Notes: generated by a model not told the origin, from the letters alone. Shown: positions 22,132 through 34,017, numbered from the stretch's first letter. The stretch is DNA of 64,000 nt from Nostoc sp. (GCA_036918135.1 JBALDB010000063.1:21105-85104); one strand, 5' to 3'. Numbers and translations are program-made.

Positions 22132-22349
22132 ACGCTCACAATTTTTAATCTTAAACCTAAATGATAGGATTTGACAAGTACTTTCTAATATTTTTTCTAA
22201 GATGCGATTCGTAAGATATTAAGGTTTTTAGGACTTAAGCATCGTACATAAGTTTTAGCAGTGTGTACCTGGGAACATTAGTCATATCTGCGTTGCTTAT
22301 GAGAGTACAATATTCAGCAATACTCTCACTGTTTAACTCTCGGTAACAA

Positions 22350-22422
22350 TGGAGGTTAGCGGACTCGAACCGCTGACATCCTGCTTGCAAAGCAGGCGCT
22401 CTACCAACTGAGCTAAACCCCC
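22350..22422 (-). tRNA. trnA: tRNA-Ala (TGC)
   Basis: Minus strand GGGGGTTTAGCTCAGTTGGTAGAGCGCCTGCTTTGCAAGCAGGATGTCAGCGGTTCGAGTCCGCTAACCTCCA; anticodon TGC. Confidence 0.97.
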
Positions 22423-22495
22423 GTAAAATTCAAATAGCACGCAAAGCCTATTTGCCGTTGTTATTGTAACTCAATATTGTTCAATTACTAAAGGG

Positions 22496-23422
22496 ATGAA
22501 GCCAGAAAATATTCAGGTCGTTGCAACACTATATAAATTCGTCAAGCTGCCAGATTTTGCCGAAAAACGAGAACCCCTGCTATCTTACTGCCAAACACAA
22601 CGTGTCAAGGGAACAATTTTACTGGCAGAAGAAGGAATTAACGGTACAATTGGAGGTTCGCGTCAGGCAATTGATTCTGTTCTCTGGTTTTTGCGTTCTG
22701 ACCCCCGTTTAGCTGACCTAGAACACAAAGAATCTTATACTCAAACTCCACCCTTTGAGCGGATGAAGGTGCGGTTGAAGTCAGAAATTGTCACTTTAGG
22801 GTTGCCAGAAATTGACCCAAATGAACGAGTTGGTACTTATGTGACTCCTCAGGAATGGAATGATTTAATTTCCGACCCAGAAGTAACCTTGATTGACACC
22901 CGCAATGATTATGAGGTGAATATCGGTACTTTTCAAAGAGCAGAAAATCCGCAAACTGGCTCATTCCGAGAATTCCCTGATTATGTGCGCCACCATCTCG
23001 ACCCAACAAAACATAAAAAAGTTGCTCTGTTTTGTACGGGTGGCATTCGCTGTGAAAAAGCCTCATCCTTTATGCTTGCCCAAGGCTTTGCAGAAGTCTA
23101 TCATCTCAAAGGCGGCATTCTCAAATATTTGGCGGAAATTCCAGCTCGAGAAAGTTTATGGGAAGGGGAATGTTTTGTTTTTGATGAACGGGTAGCCGTC
23201 AGTCATGGGTTGGAGTCAGGAAGCTATGAGTTATGCCTGGGTTGTGGGCGTCCAATTTCTGAGGAAGATAAAGTTTCTCCCAAGTATGAGCAAGGTATCT
23301 CCTGTGCTTATTGTTTCAATAGCCTCACCGATGAAAAAAGAGCGCGTCAGCAGGAAAAATGGCGACACTTCCAAACCCAATTTACTAATAAAAATAAGGG
23401 TATTGGGCATGGAGAGTGCTAA
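22496..23422 (+). CDS. trhO: rhodanese-domain tRNA uridine(34) hydroxylase (TrhO/YceA family)
   Basis: [40 protein letters not shown] and GECFVFDER motifs. Confidence 0.9.
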   Translation: MKPENIQVVATLYKFVKLPDFAEKREPLLSYCQTQRVKGTILLAEEGINGTIGGSRQAIDSVLWFLRSDPRLADLEHKESYTQTPPFERMKVRLKSEIVTLGLPEIDPNERVGTYVTPQEWNDLISDPEVTLIDTRNDYEVNIGTFQRAENPQTGSFREFPDYVRHHLDPTKHKKVALFCTGGIRCEKASSFMLAQGFAEVYHLKGGILKYLAEIPARESLWEGECFVFDERVAVSHGLESGSYELCLGCGRPISEEDKVSPKYEQGISCAYCFNSLTDEKRARQQEKWRHFQTQFTNKNKGIGHGEC

Positions 23423-23438
23423 AGGAGTAAAACTTATT

Positions 23439-23714
23439 CTACCCCTGCTCTCTTCGTCTCCCCATCTCCTCCTTTAAACCACCAGGTATTCTCAGCTTGA
23501 TATAATCGCCGCTTAATTGAACCTGTGATGGTGGTCGGTGTAGGACTGCACAGCATCTTTGGACTGCGGCTTGGTACTCTCGCCATTGCTTACGAATTGC
23601 TCTACTGGCAGCATCGTCACCTAAGTCTGAAAATCTTAGGCCTGCCCGAATTAGCCAACATTCTACGTCTGTTGTTTCGCCAATTATTTCTGAAATGGGA
23701 TTAATCTCGTTCAT
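23439..23714 (-). CDS. hypothetical protein
   Basis: 91-aa ATG ORF filling the gap convergent to trhO; no recognisable motif. Confidence 0.55.
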   Translation of the reverse strand: MNEINPISEIIGETTDVECWLIRAGLRFSDLGDDAASRAIRKQWREYQAAVQRCCAVLHRPPSQVQLSGDYIKLRIPGGLKEEMGRRREQG

Positions 23715-23927
23715 GAGTAATTTATAATACCAGCATTTAAAATCTATAATTTCACTTTAAAAGAAACTATCAATAATAACCAGTACTATTTTTTTTTAAA
23801 CTCATAAATAAAAATGATTGACAAAAATCAACGCATCTGAGTTATACACTCAGATGCGAGAGGATGAATCGCGATCGCAGCTGGCAGATATCATTGCTAA
23901 GAAACTCCGAATCAGCCGTTGCGATTC

Positions 23928-24440
23928 CTAGAAGCGATAACCCAATCCTGCTTGGAAGCTCACAGCATCAGCATCACTGTTTCTATAAGCGTCAATGCCC
24001 CATTTAGTATCACCATAGGCCATGACATTTTTGCTAACTTCTGATTCAACACCAAGGGTGACTACAGGTGCATTCCGATTCCCCAATGGGCTATTTTGAC
24101 CTTCGTTAGTGATAAAAGAATAACCACCACCAAGATAAACGTTAGTGTTTCTAGCGATGGGCGCATCGTAAGTGACTATGGGCATAATGGCAGCGGCATC
24201 ACCACCATATAACGCAGAACCCCGCACGGAAACAGGTGTTTTCGGGACAGCGTAGCGTCCTTGAATATTCCCACCAAATTGTGCATTATCGTTTCCTTGT
24301 CCGCCACTGGTTGCACCAGCAGCAATACCAGCACCGATATAGTTACCGTTAGTACCTGCTGTTTGAGCAGAAGCAATACCACCGGAAAGAATAATAGAAG
24401 TTACAGCGAGGAAAGAGGCAGCTAATTTTGTCAGTTTCAT
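23928..24440 (-). CDS. small outer-membrane beta-barrel protein
   Basis: Signal peptide MKLTKLAASFLAV...ASA, alternating beta strands and C-terminal GLGYRF. Confidence 0.85.
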   Translation of the reverse strand: MKLTKLAASFLAVTSIILSGGIASAQTAGTNGNYIGAGIAAGATSGGQGNDNAQFGGNIQGRYAVPKTPVSVRGSALYGGDAAAIMPIVTYDAPIARNTNVYLGGGYSFITNEGQNSPLGNRNAPVVTLGVESEVSKNVMAYGDTKWGIDAYRNSDADAVSFQAGLGYRF

Positions 24441-24614
24441 AGAATTCTTCTCACTAGAGTTAGGTAATATCAATGTTCTCTAGTACCAGAATCTCTTTTT
24501 TTACAAAATGTAACCTCCCACACTCGGTTCACCTGAGTGGCTGAATTGTTTTTCACCCAGTAAGGTGATATGGTTATTAGATTTACAATTCAATAGAAAT
24601 ACAGATTGGGGCGA

Positions 24615-26219
24615 CTATTTTTTCAAAAAGCGCTGACGCAGACGAGCCACAAAATTATTTACTTCTGGTATTTTCATCCATGAAGCGATCGCTGCAAACA
24701 CAGCTATCCCCACCAAACCAGATATAGACAATTGCAATAGCAGAATCAGTAAACCTGTTTTACCTAATAACTGTTGCGAAGCAACCAAAGTTTCATAACT
24801 GGTTACACCAGCTACCAGACTAGCAACAATTAAACCGAGAATCGGCACACTCCACTCGCGCCAAGGTAAACCATTAAGTTTGCGATCGAGTAACCACAAC
24901 AGCATCAACATGGAGCCGCAATTTACACCCACTGTTGCTAAGACTAAACCAGGAGCGCCAAAAGGTTTGACGAAAAACCAATCTAGTACAATATTGAGAA
25001 ATATGTTAATACTACTGATGCGAAAAGGTGTCTGCCCATCGCCCAAAGCATAAAACACCCGCACCAAAACATCACGCCCCAAATAAGCAAACATCCCAAT
25101 ACCGTAAGCGACTAGCAACGATGACACAAGTTGTGTGGCTTCCGGCTTGAAAGCACCCCGCTCATATACTACCTGGACAATGGGTACAGATAGCGCCACC
25201 ATCAACGCCCCTAGCGGTAGCATAGTGAAGGCAGTAAGTAGCAGTCCTTGGCGAATGCGTAATTTTAGCTCCTGCCAGTTTTCTGGGTCGGCAAGTTTGG
25301 CAAATATCGGTAATAAGGGCAATAAAATGATATTAGAAATAATTCCTAAGGGAGTTTGTACTAATAGATTCGCATAGTTAAATCCTGCGGCTGCACCAGG
25401 GATCGGACTGGCAAAATAAAGGTCGGTGGCGACATTAATTGGCATCATTCCAGAAGAAATTGTCGCTGGAGTCATGATTTTAATTACTTCTTGGACGCCA
25501 GGAGATTTGAAATCAAATCGTAGGCGTAATGTGCCTAGTCCTAATCGCCATTGAACAATTAACTGCACCAACCACTGGAGAATTGCTCCTGCTAAGGTTC
25601 CCCAAGCTAAGACCATACCACCAATGAAAGCATAATCCGGCTTAATAATATCCTTGCCCAGTTGCATAGCCAAGATCCCAAGACCGCCAACAACGGTAAT
25701 ACTGGACAACAAGGGACTAATAGAGAGTAACCAATATTGATTAGCTGTATTGAGAGTACCGAAACCAATGCCAATTAATCCGGAAAATATAGCCATTGGC
25801 GCCATAATTTGCAGCTGTTGAATTGCGATCGCTCTGGTTGTTACATCCAAGCCATGACCGACTAAATCGACAATTTCATCTGCCAAGAAAATTTGAGCAA
25901 ATGTTACTAGAAATAGAAATCCACCTACTAGCGTTGTTACTGTTTCTACAAGGGGAGCGGCATCTTGTTGCTTACGCTTGGCTAAAACGCTGACAACTGC
26001 ACTGTGTAACGGGCCGTTCACACCACCTAGTAATATCAATAGAAAGCCAGGGATAATATAAGCGTAACTGTAGGCAGTTGCAGCCGCACCAACGCCAAAA
26101 GCAGCAGCGATCGCTTGCTGCCGAATTAAACCAAAGACTTTACTAATTAATGTAGCAATGGCAACAATGCCAGCAATTCCAGCGAAAGAACGAGAGGGTT
26201 TTTGGTCTTGTTGTGTCAC
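24615..26219 (-). CDS. murJ: lipid II flippase MurJ (MviN)
   Basis: SKVFGLIRQQAIAAAFGVG and RVFYALGDGQTP motifs; many TM helices. Confidence 0.95.
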   Translation of the reverse strand: MTQQDQKPSRSFAGIAGIVAIATLISKVFGLIRQQAIAAAFGVGAAATAYSYAYIIPGFLLILLGGVNGPLHSAVVSVLAKRKQQDAAPLVETVTTLVGGFLFLVTFAQIFLADEIVDLVGHGLDVTTRAIAIQQLQIMAPMAIFSGLIGIGFGTLNTANQYWLLSISPLLSSITVVGGLGILAMQLGKDIIKPDYAFIGGMVLAWGTLAGAILQWLVQLIVQWRLGLGTLRLRFDFKSPGVQEVIKIMTPATISSGMMPINVATDLYFASPIPGAAAGFNYANLLVQTPLGIISNIILLPLLPIFAKLADPENWQELKLRIRQGLLLTAFTMLPLGALMVALSVPIVQVVYERGAFKPEATQLVSSLLVAYGIGMFAYLGRDVLVRVFYALGDGQTPFRISSINIFLNIVLDWFFVKPFGAPGLVLATVGVNCGSMLMLLWLLDRKLNGLPWREWSVPILGLIVASLVAGVTSYETLVASQQLLGKTGLLILLLQLSISGLVGIAVFAAIASWMKIPEVNNFVARLRQRFLKK

Positions 26220-26413
26220 GAAGAATACCTAAATACTCTTTCTGAGTGCATATTTGAAAACATTTAACCTAAATTTTAGGGTTTGTCAGGCAAATTTAGA
26301 TAAGTCAGTCATTAGTGTAATAGCAATTAGGAAACTCCAAGAAATAAAAACAACCACTTGAAGTTGCTGACTGATGAGAGCCAGTTGCTACCCTGCGGGT
26401 TTTGCGTTAGCGG

Positions 26414-26514
26414 TATAGCAGTTGCCAGGTAGATTAGGACATAATGACAAGCGTGAATCTTAGGAATAGTAAAGTTTTTACCTCCAGCATAGCTGTCTCC
26501 TGCCTCCTGCTATA
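26414..26514. repeat. ~100-bp dispersed repeat bounded by TATAGCA...TGCTATA (copy 1)
   Basis: Shares its ends and the internal words TTAGGACAT, AGGAATAGTAA and CTGCCTCCTGCTATA with 52916-53015. Confidence 0.7.
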
Positions 26515-27260
26515 CAAGTCGGCAGAGTGCAAGGGCGCGCTAGCTCCTGTTGACTGTGAGCTGGGGGATGTTTTTTTAATTTGTCAGTTGAATTAGCTTC
26601 TGATGAAAATATCAACCCTATTCTGAATCAATGTGAATCAGTTGGCAGACTACTGAAGCGCTTTAATTCGTGCGCTTAAAAATAAATAAATCCCTACACC
26701 CCACACCTTACGCCCTACACCCAGCCCCTAACTAGAGATGCCGTGAAAAGTCAGATTGGCACGAGCGTGCAAAATTACAAGAATATTTCATCACACAGGC
26801 AGTGACCGCTGCCCGTCTAAATACCTCTGTGTGTATTTTAAAACGTTAATATTTGATGTCAAGCTGTATTTTGACATCCAATTAAATTAGCAAACAATCA
26901 ACTGTTAAGCTGTTACGCATTTAAATTGTACTCTGACTAGTGAGCATTGTCTATTTATGTTTACAAAGGACTAATGACAATCTTCACCACATTAGTCCAT
27001 CGTAGTCTACTTTAGAGATTTCAACTCCTAACTCAAATCCAACCCTGATAGAAGTGAAAAATTGTACACCAGCCTGAGAACTGATTATTAACAAGTTGTG
27101 AAGATAGGTCAAGAAAGGGGAACTATAACAATAGGCATCTTCTTTAAAAGAATTGGATACTTCAACAAGAAGTTTGTCATACTCAGAAGCTTGACGTTGT
27201 TCAACGGGACGAAGTTTGGCATCATAAATTTTTGTAGAAAAATCTTGAAAATCAATAGCA

Positions 27261-30200
27261 ATGGAACTCAATTCAACTTTCACAGAAAATCAACTTCTAT
27301 TGTCAAGCGCTCAACTTCAAGAGCAACTAGAGAAACAAAAGGCTCTAGCGAGTGTGATTGTACGAATTCGAGAGTCTCTTGAGTTAGATACGATTTTTCA
27401 AACTACAGTTATAGAAGTGCGTCAGTTGCTCAATGCTGACCGAGTAGGAGTCTTCCAATTCGATCCTCGAAAAGGCTGGGAAGGAGAATTCATTTCTGAG
27501 GATGTTGCACCTGGCTGGACTTCAGCAATGGAAGTAAAAGTTTACGACCACTGCTTTGGAGAACAATTTGCTACTAGTTATCAACAAGGACAGGTACAAG
27601 CAGTTGCTGATATTTATCAGGTGGGAGTGAGTGATTGTCATAGAGAAATTTTGGATAAATTTCAAATCCGTGCCAACCTTGTTGTCCCTCTATTGCAAGA
27701 GAAGAAACTGTGGGGATTACTTTGTATTCATCAGTGTAGTGAGGCTCGGAACTGGAAAGAATCAGAAATTGAATTTATTCGCCAAATTGCTGACCATTTA
27801 ACAGTCGCAATTCAACAAGTAAAGCATCTCCAGGAAGTTGAATTACAAGCTGCAAAATTAGCTCAAGCCGCCCGGCGCGACCAAGTAATTGCTCAGCTTG
27901 TGGATACAATTCGTTCACCTTTAGATATTGACATTATCTTTAAAACAACAACTCTAGAAATTCGCAAACTACTGCAAGCCGACCGAGTTGCAATTTTTCG
28001 TTTCAATGCTGATTGGAGTGGTAACTTTGTAGCTGAATCATTTGCTGACGGGTGGACTGCCTTAGTTGGAATTCAGCCTGCGATCGCTGATACTTATTTG
28101 CAACAAACTCAAGGGGGACGCTACTTAAAAAATGAGACATTTACAGTCAATGACATTTATCAAGCAGGATTAACAGATTGCCACATCAATCTGTTAGAGA
28201 AAATTCAAACAAAAGCCTTTACAACTGCTCCAATTCTGCAAGGAGATAAACTTTGGGGAGTGATTGCTGCCTACCAAAATGTCTTACCCAGACAATGGCA
28301 ATCTTATGAAGTCGAATCATTGACCAAAATCGGCACACAAATTGGTGTCATACTGCGACATCACGAGTTGTTAGCACAAGCTCGGTATCAAGCAGAACAA
28401 CAAAAAACATTAACCAGCGTGATTACTCGTATCCGGAAGTCTCTGGATTTGGACACAATTTTTCAAACTTCTGTCACCGAAGTCCGGCAAATGCTACAAA
28501 CAGACCGAGTGGCAGTTTTTCGTTTCGATCCTCAAAAAGACTGGGAAGGAGAATTTATTTCTGAGGATATTGTAACTGGATGGAATTCAGTAATCGCTGC
28601 AAAAGTCTACGATCACTGTTTTGGGGAACAGTTTGCTGTTAATTATCAACAAGACCGGGTGCAAGCAGTAGCAGATATTTACGACGCGGGATTAAGTGAA
28701 TGTCATGTGGCGATTCTCGGCAAATTTCAAGTACGGGCTAATCTGGTAGTTCCCTTATTGAAGCAAGGTAAATTATGGGGATTATTTTGCGTTCATCAAT
28801 GCAGCAATCCTCGAACTTGGCAGCCTTCGGAAATTGAATTTGTTAGCCAAATTGCAGAAAATTTAGGGGTTGCTTTACAACATAACAAACTCTTGCATGA
28901 AGCTCGATACCAAGCAGAGCAACAAAAAATATTAACTAGTGTTATTGCTCGAATTCGGGAATCTTTAGATTTAGATACAATCTTTCAAACTTCTGTTACC
29001 GAAATGCGGCAACTGCTGAAAGCCGACCGAGTGGGCGTGTTCCGCTTTAATCCTCAAAAAGATTGGGAAGGAGAATTTGTTTATGAAGATGTAGCTGCTG
29101 GTTGGACTTCGGCAATAGCAGAAAAAGTTTATGACGAGTGCTTTGGTGAATATTTTGTACCACTTTACGCCCAAGGTCGAGTAAATGCGATCGCTGATAT
29201 TTATCAAGAAAATTTTCAAGCCTGTTATGTACAAATCTTAAAAGCATTTCAAGTGCGTGCCAATCTGGTCGCTCCACTATTGAAAAAAGGAGAGCTTTGG
29301 GGATTGTTATGTATTCACCAATGCAACGCTCCTCGTCGTTGGCAACAGTCAGAAATTGAATTTGCAACTCAAATTGCCGAGCAATTGGGAGTTGCATTAA
29401 AACAAGATTCCTATTTCAAACAAGTTCAAATGCAAGCTGTGCAGTTAGCAGAAGCTACCGAACGAGAGAAAGCAATGGAACGACAAGAATTATTGGCTGC
29501 TACTATTGATAAAATACGTCAATCCCTGGATATTCAAACTATATTTAGAACTACTACTCAAGCTGTGCGAGAGCTACTCGAAGTCGAGCGAGTTGCAATC
29601 TACCGCTTTAACTGTGATTGGAGCGGTAAATTTGTGGCAGATTCTTTCAAAGATGGTCGCAAACCTGTTGTACAAACTCAACCATTGATTATAGAAACTT
29701 TTGAAGATACAGATGATGATAACGAACTTCCGCGCAATGAAACTTTCGTTCCCATTCGCGAAGGTGAAAAATTATGGGGACTATTAGTTGCTTATCAAAA
29801 TTCCCAACCGCGCTATTGGAAAGAAGAAGAAATTAATCTCTTGGCTCAAGTTGGAGTGCAATTAGGAATTGCAATTCAACAAGCAGAATTACTCGAACAA
29901 ACCAAACGTCAAACTTCAGAACTTACTCAAGCCCTGCAAGAATTAAAACAAACTCAAAGCCGATTGATTCAGGGTGAAAAAATGGCTGGTTTGGGACAGC
30001 TATTAGCGGGAGTTGCTCATGAAATTAATAATCCAGTTAGTTTTCTTTTTGGTAATCTCACACATTTAAAAGAATATACTCAAGAACTGCTAGACGTAGT
30101 AAAACTTTATCGGCAAATTCCAGAAGTGCAAAATAAAATTCAAAAAACTGATTTAGATTTTATTATCGAAGATTTACCCAAAACAGTTGATTCCATGCAG

Positions 30201-30788
30201 GTTGGAGCAGAGCGAATTCATGAAATAGTCCTATCACTGCGAAACTTTTCTCGTACAGATGAGGCGGAATTGAGAGCAGTAGACGTTCATGAAGGATTAA
30301 ATAGTACTTTGCTAATTTTGGGGCATCGGTTGAAAAATACTAGCGATCGCCCAGCTATTGAAGTGATTAAAGAATATAATACTATACCTTTAGTTGAATG
30401 CTATCCCGCGCAACTAAATCAGGTATTTATGAATCTTTTGAGTAACAGTGTTGATGCATTAGAGGAAAAATTCAAAACTATACAGCAAAAGTATTTAGAA
30501 TCAACAGAAAAATGCCCAAGGATTCCCTTGAGTATCTGGATTATTACCCAAATTGTTAATAATCAAGTTGTAATTAGAATAGCTGATAATGGTTTAGGTA
30601 TTCCAGAGTCGGTGCGATCGCACATCTTCGACCCCTTCTTTACTACCAAAGCACCAGGTAAAGGTACAGGTTTAGGATTGTCTATCAGCTATCAAATCGT
30701 GGTTGAAAAACATCATGGTGAAATTAAATGTTTGTCCAAACCAGGAGAAGGTACAGAGTTTTTAATTAAAATTCCCACCGATAATTAA
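27261..30788 (+). CDS. multi-GAF cyanobacteriochrome sensor histidine kinase
   Basis: Five GAF repeats (DHCF/CH, DTYLQ/CH, DHCF/CH, DECF/CY, truncated), then HisKA AHEINNP and HATPase NLLSN, DNGLG, FFTTK, GTGLGL. Confidence 0.93.
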   Translation: MELNSTFTENQLLLSSAQLQEQLEKQKALASVIVRIRESLELDTIFQTTVIEVRQLLNADRVGVFQFDPRKGWEGEFISEDVAPGWTSAMEVKVYDHCFGEQFATSYQQGQVQAVADIYQVGVSDCHREILDKFQIRANLVVPLLQEKKLWGLLCIHQCSEARNWKESEIEFIRQIADHLTVAIQQVKHLQEVELQAAKLAQAARRDQVIAQLVDTIRSPLDIDIIFKTTTLEIRKLLQADRVAIFRFNADWSGNFVAESFADGWTALVGIQPAIADTYLQQTQGGRYLKNETFTVNDIYQAGLTDCHINLLEKIQTKAFTTAPILQGDKLWGVIAAYQNVLPRQWQSYEVESLTKIGTQIGVILRHHELLAQARYQAEQQKTLTSVITRIRKSLDLDTIFQTSVTEVRQMLQTDRVAVFRFDPQKDWEGEFISEDIVTGWNSVIAAKVYDHCFGEQFAVNYQQDRVQAVADIYDAGLSECHVAILGKFQVRANLVVPLLKQGKLWGLFCVHQCSNPRTWQPSEIEFVSQIAENLGVALQHNKLLHEARYQAEQQKILTSVIARIRESLDLDTIFQTSVTEMRQLLKADRVGVFRFNPQKDWEGEFVYEDVAAGWTSAIAEKVYDECFGEYFVPLYAQGRVNAIADIYQENFQACYVQILKAFQVRANLVAPLLKKGELWGLLCIHQCNAPRRWQQSEIEFATQIAEQLGVALKQDSYFKQVQMQAVQLAEATEREKAMERQELLAATIDKIRQSLDIQTIFRTTTQAVRELLEVERVAIYRFNCDWSGKFVADSFKDGRKPVVQTQPLIIETFEDTDDDNELPRNETFVPIREGEKLWGLLVAYQNSQPRYWKEEEINLLAQVGVQLGIAIQQAELLEQTKRQTSELTQALQELKQTQSRLIQGEKMAGLGQLLAGVAHEINNPVSFLFGNLTHLKEYTQELLDVVKLYRQIPEVQNKIQKTDLDFIIEDLPKTVDSMQVGAERIHEIVLSLRNFSRTDEAELRAVDVHEGLNSTLLILGHRLKNTSDRPAIEVIKEYNTIPLVECYPAQLNQVFMNLLSNSVDALEEKFKTIQQKYLESTEKCPRIPLSIWIITQIVNNQVVIRIADNGLGIPESVRSHIFDPFFTTKAPGKGTGLGLSISYQIVVEKHHGEIKCLSKPGEGTEFLIKIPTDN

Positions 30789-30891
30789 ACGTGTTGTTTG
30801 AACGTGAGTCTCCAACGTAGCTTATTTGTCCTCTAGCAGAAATTGAGCTTACATGAGGCTCACTAACAACAGATAATTGGGTCGAGCTACT

Positions 30892-31063
30892 TATCATGTC
30901 CAGTAAAAGACTTATTATTTGGGCTAAGGCAAAGAGAAGTTGGAGCGTCGGCTTATGGGGAACTGAACTTCTCCTTCAAAGACGCTCTTGTTAGCTTGCT
31001 TAAGAGCAGGGGTACGGGGGACGCACAGAGATTTTAATCAAAAGTGATTAGTCGGACATGATA
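30892..31063. mobile_element. MITE-like element with TATCATGTCC...GGACATGATA ends
   Basis: 10-bp inverted ends matching those of 19883-20001, with a different interior. Confidence 0.65.
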
Positions 31064-31181
31064 TGAGCTGTTTACGGACGCGCTGGGTTCCGTTATGGAT
31101 GGAAGAAACAATTCAAATCCTCTTCCCTTCTGCCTCCTGCCTTGTTTCTTGAAAGCTATTACTAAACCCTCAACTACAAAC

Positions 31182-32678
31182 TTATCTCACTGAAAATGCT
31201 TCGCTGAATCGCCGCGTCACAGGCTCAGTAATAAACGTCAGAATTGACTTTTTACGAGTGACAATTTCACCTGTAGCAGCCATTCCTGGTGTAAATTCCA
31301 CTTCTTGACCCCGGACATTGACTGAGTGTTTATTTAACTTAATTCTTGTGGGAAAAACTAAGCCTAATTCTTTATCAACAATTGCATTTGGACTGACTTG
31401 CATGACTTCGCCATCTACAGTGCCAAATTCTTGGAAGGGGAAAGTTGCCATTTTCACTTTCGCTCTCATTCCTTGACGAATAAACCCAATATCGCGGTTG
31501 AGGATTTTTACCTCTAGGAGCATTTCTTCTCCTTCCGGTAAAATTGATAGCAATTCTTCACCTGGTTGCACTGGCCCCTTGGTGGCTTTGACTCTGTAAA
31601 TCGTACCACTAACGGGAGCATCGATGGTTTCCAAAGCTTGCTGCTTTCTTGCCTGCTCTAATTGACCTTGAACAGTTGTCAGTTCTTCTTTACGTTTGTT
31701 TAGTTGGGTCAAAATTTCACTTTGGCGTTCTGATGCTACACGTTGGGCTTGATTTTGTGCAGCTTTGTAAGCTTCTTGGGCTTGGCGAATTTCTTGGGCC
31801 TGAGCAGCAATATCTTTTTCTAAGGATGTGACTTTATCTTCAGCCTCAGTTATTCTATTCTGGGCATTGGTCTCATCGTCTTGTGCTTTGGTGATGTCTG
31901 TCTTTGCACGAGTTAATCTTTCTTGGGCTTCTAGGTAATCAACTCTTGGTACAGCGCCGGGAGTTATCAGAGTGCGTAGACTTTTTTCTCTTTGTTGAGC
32001 GATCGCCAAATTACTTTCGATTTTAGTACGGATGCTTTGGGCGTTGGCAAGGTTGGTTTTAGCATTAGTAACGCCAGTTTTAGCAGCCACTGAGTTGTCT
32101 TGCAACCGAGTCAACCGAACTTTAGCTTGATCGATGAGTGCTAGTTGGCGATTTGCTTCGGCTTCGGTGGCGGCCTGACGCGCTTGGAAATCTTGCAAAC
32201 GCGAGTTTAAAAGTTCATCTTGCAGTTTCGTACCAGCAATTTTGCTTCCAGTGCGTTCTGCATCCAAACGTTGCAAATCGTCCTGAATCAATCTGGTAGA
32301 TTTGGCTAAACGCGAAACATCAGTTTTCTGCAAGTCTGGATCTTTTTGAATCAGAATTTGACCTTTAGTAACGCGATCGCCTTCTTGCACTTTCACGGCG
32401 ACAATTGAGCCTCCAGCCAAAGATGTCACCGGTCTTACCTGTGTAGAAGCAATTAATTCCCCTGGTGCTGTTGCTACTTCATCGATTTGCGAGAAATGCG
32501 CCCAAGCGATCGCTCCAAATACGATAACGCTAATTGTTCCCGCTAATAATCTCGTATACAAAGGCGGTAATTCCTGTACCGCCTTTCCTAATTCATAGGT
32601 AAGTTGTTCCTCTGGTTGGGCAAATCGCTCTTTTGTCTGACGTGCTTGAGCAGCATTTACAGTTAGGGGAGATCTCAT
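31182..32678 (-). CDS. HlyD-family type I secretion membrane fusion protein
   Basis: N-terminal TM, IDEVATAPGEL, long coiled coil, APVSGTI, DIGFIRQG, TFPFQEFG and PGMAATGEIVTRK. Confidence 0.93.
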   Translation of the reverse strand: MRSPLTVNAAQARQTKERFAQPEEQLTYELGKAVQELPPLYTRLLAGTISVIVFGAIAWAHFSQIDEVATAPGELIASTQVRPVTSLAGGSIVAVKVQEGDRVTKGQILIQKDPDLQKTDVSRLAKSTRLIQDDLQRLDAERTGSKIAGTKLQDELLNSRLQDFQARQAATEAEANRQLALIDQAKVRLTRLQDNSVAAKTGVTNAKTNLANAQSIRTKIESNLAIAQQREKSLRTLITPGAVPRVDYLEAQERLTRAKTDITKAQDDETNAQNRITEAEDKVTSLEKDIAAQAQEIRQAQEAYKAAQNQAQRVASERQSEILTQLNKRKEELTTVQGQLEQARKQQALETIDAPVSGTIYRVKATKGPVQPGEELLSILPEGEEMLLEVKILNRDIGFIRQGMRAKVKMATFPFQEFGTVDGEVMQVSPNAIVDKELGLVFPTRIKLNKHSVNVRGQEVEFTPGMAATGEIVTRKKSILTFITEPVTRRFSEAFSVR

Positions 32679-32800
32679 AGAATTTTAGATTTTAGATTTT
32701 AGATTGGGGATTGGGTATTGAGGACTGGGTATTAGGGATTGGGGATTAAGAGTTAAAAGAATTATTTCCTAGTCCCTAGTCCCTAGTGCCTACTCCCCAT

Positions 32801-33676
32801 TTAAACTGCCAGATAGCGCCGCAAAAAATTTTCTAATGTCTCCAACTTGAAGTTAAAAATTGCTTCTAAATTGGTAATTTCATCTTTTGTACAGAAAAAT
32901 TCATTTGCTAGCAATGTCCGAAAGGTTCCCAAAGCTTTTTGCATTCGAGGATTAAATAAACCCAATGCACCTTGTAACCCATCAATTACAAATAGTGGTG
33001 AATTAATTATTACTGGTTCTTTGGCAAAGATCCGACCAAAAATCCGGGGAATATCTTCTCTTAATAAAATCTCCGGCCCTCCTACTGGTAAAATCTGGTT
33101 GCGAGCGCCTTCAAATGTTACAGAATCCACTATTATCCTTGCCAAATCATCGGTACTGATAATTGAGGTACGATTTTTGCGATCGCCAATCAGCAGATAC
33201 AATCCAGTTTCCCGAAATCGTTCGACCAGTGGCAGTAAATTAGATGCTAATCCAGCTGGGCGTAAAATTGTGTAATTCAAGCCACTAGCTTCTAAATATC
33301 GCTCTACTGCTAGTTTAGCTTTGAAAACGGGAGCGTCTTCATAACCGCGATCGGCTCCCAGTACGGAAATAAACACAAAATGCTGTACGTCATTAGCTTT
33401 TGCTTGGTCAATCAGTTCAATATTGGCACGGTAATCTAAGGATAAAGCATCGCTATCAGAACCGTGGGCACTGATAATATACTTCACACCTTGACTAGCT
33501 TTTTGAATATCTTTTTCTTGCTCCAAATCACCGATGAAGATTTCTGCACCCCGGTGTTCTAATTCGCTGTAGCGCGAGGTAAGACGAGCAAATGCCCTCA
33601 CAGACTGCTCTCGTTGACGTAGGAGTCGCACAACTCTGCGACCAATTCCTCCTGTTGCTCCAGTTACTAGAAACAT
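32801..33676 (-). CDS. NAD(P)-binding atypical SDR (NmrA/Ycf39-like)
   Basis: VTGATGGIG, FVFISVLGA and SGLNYTILRP motifs. Confidence 0.9.
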   Translation of the reverse strand: MFLVTGATGGIGRRVVRLLRQREQSVRAFARLTSRYSELEHRGAEIFIGDLEQEKDIQKASQGVKYIISAHGSDSDALSLDYRANIELIDQAKANDVQHFVFISVLGADRGYEDAPVFKAKLAVERYLEASGLNYTILRPAGLASNLLPLVERFRETGLYLLIGDRKNRTSIISTDDLARIIVDSVTFEGARNQILPVGGPEILLREDIPRIFGRIFAKEPVIINSPLFVIDGLQGALGLFNPRMQKALGTFRTLLANEFFCTKDEITNLEAIFNFKLETLENFLRRYLAV

Positions 33677-34017
33677 ATGAATACCTAAATTAAATAGTTA
33701 CAGCGTTTACAGTTCTCGAAATGCTCAATAATATATGCCCAAAACTTTATCAATAATTAAACATAAAATACGAGCATCTTTTTATACCTGGTAACCATGC
33801 TCAAGATATCCTCACGCCAACTAAGCTAATAGGTCACACCTTATTTATCTTAATACTCCAAAAACCAAAAGCTGACAGCAGAATCCAGGAGTCAGAATTG
33901 AGAAGTAAAACAGGCTTGACACTAGGGTTTGAGACTTAAAATTATCTATTTCACTTTCCTTGAAATCCACTGTAAATTCCCGACTTTTCAAACAAGTCAG
34001 GAATCTTGTTGTTCGTC

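Noticed and set aside
22350..22422. rRNA operon spacer suggested by tRNA-Ala(TGC)
   Set aside because: No 16S/23S sequence or tRNA-Ile flanks it.
26984..27382. ORFs 26984-27283 (-) and 27098-27382 (+) as genes or as a frameshifted N-terminus of the CBCR
   Set aside because: They overlap the CBCR start, show no recognisable motif, and the CBCR frame has a stop just upstream of its ATG.
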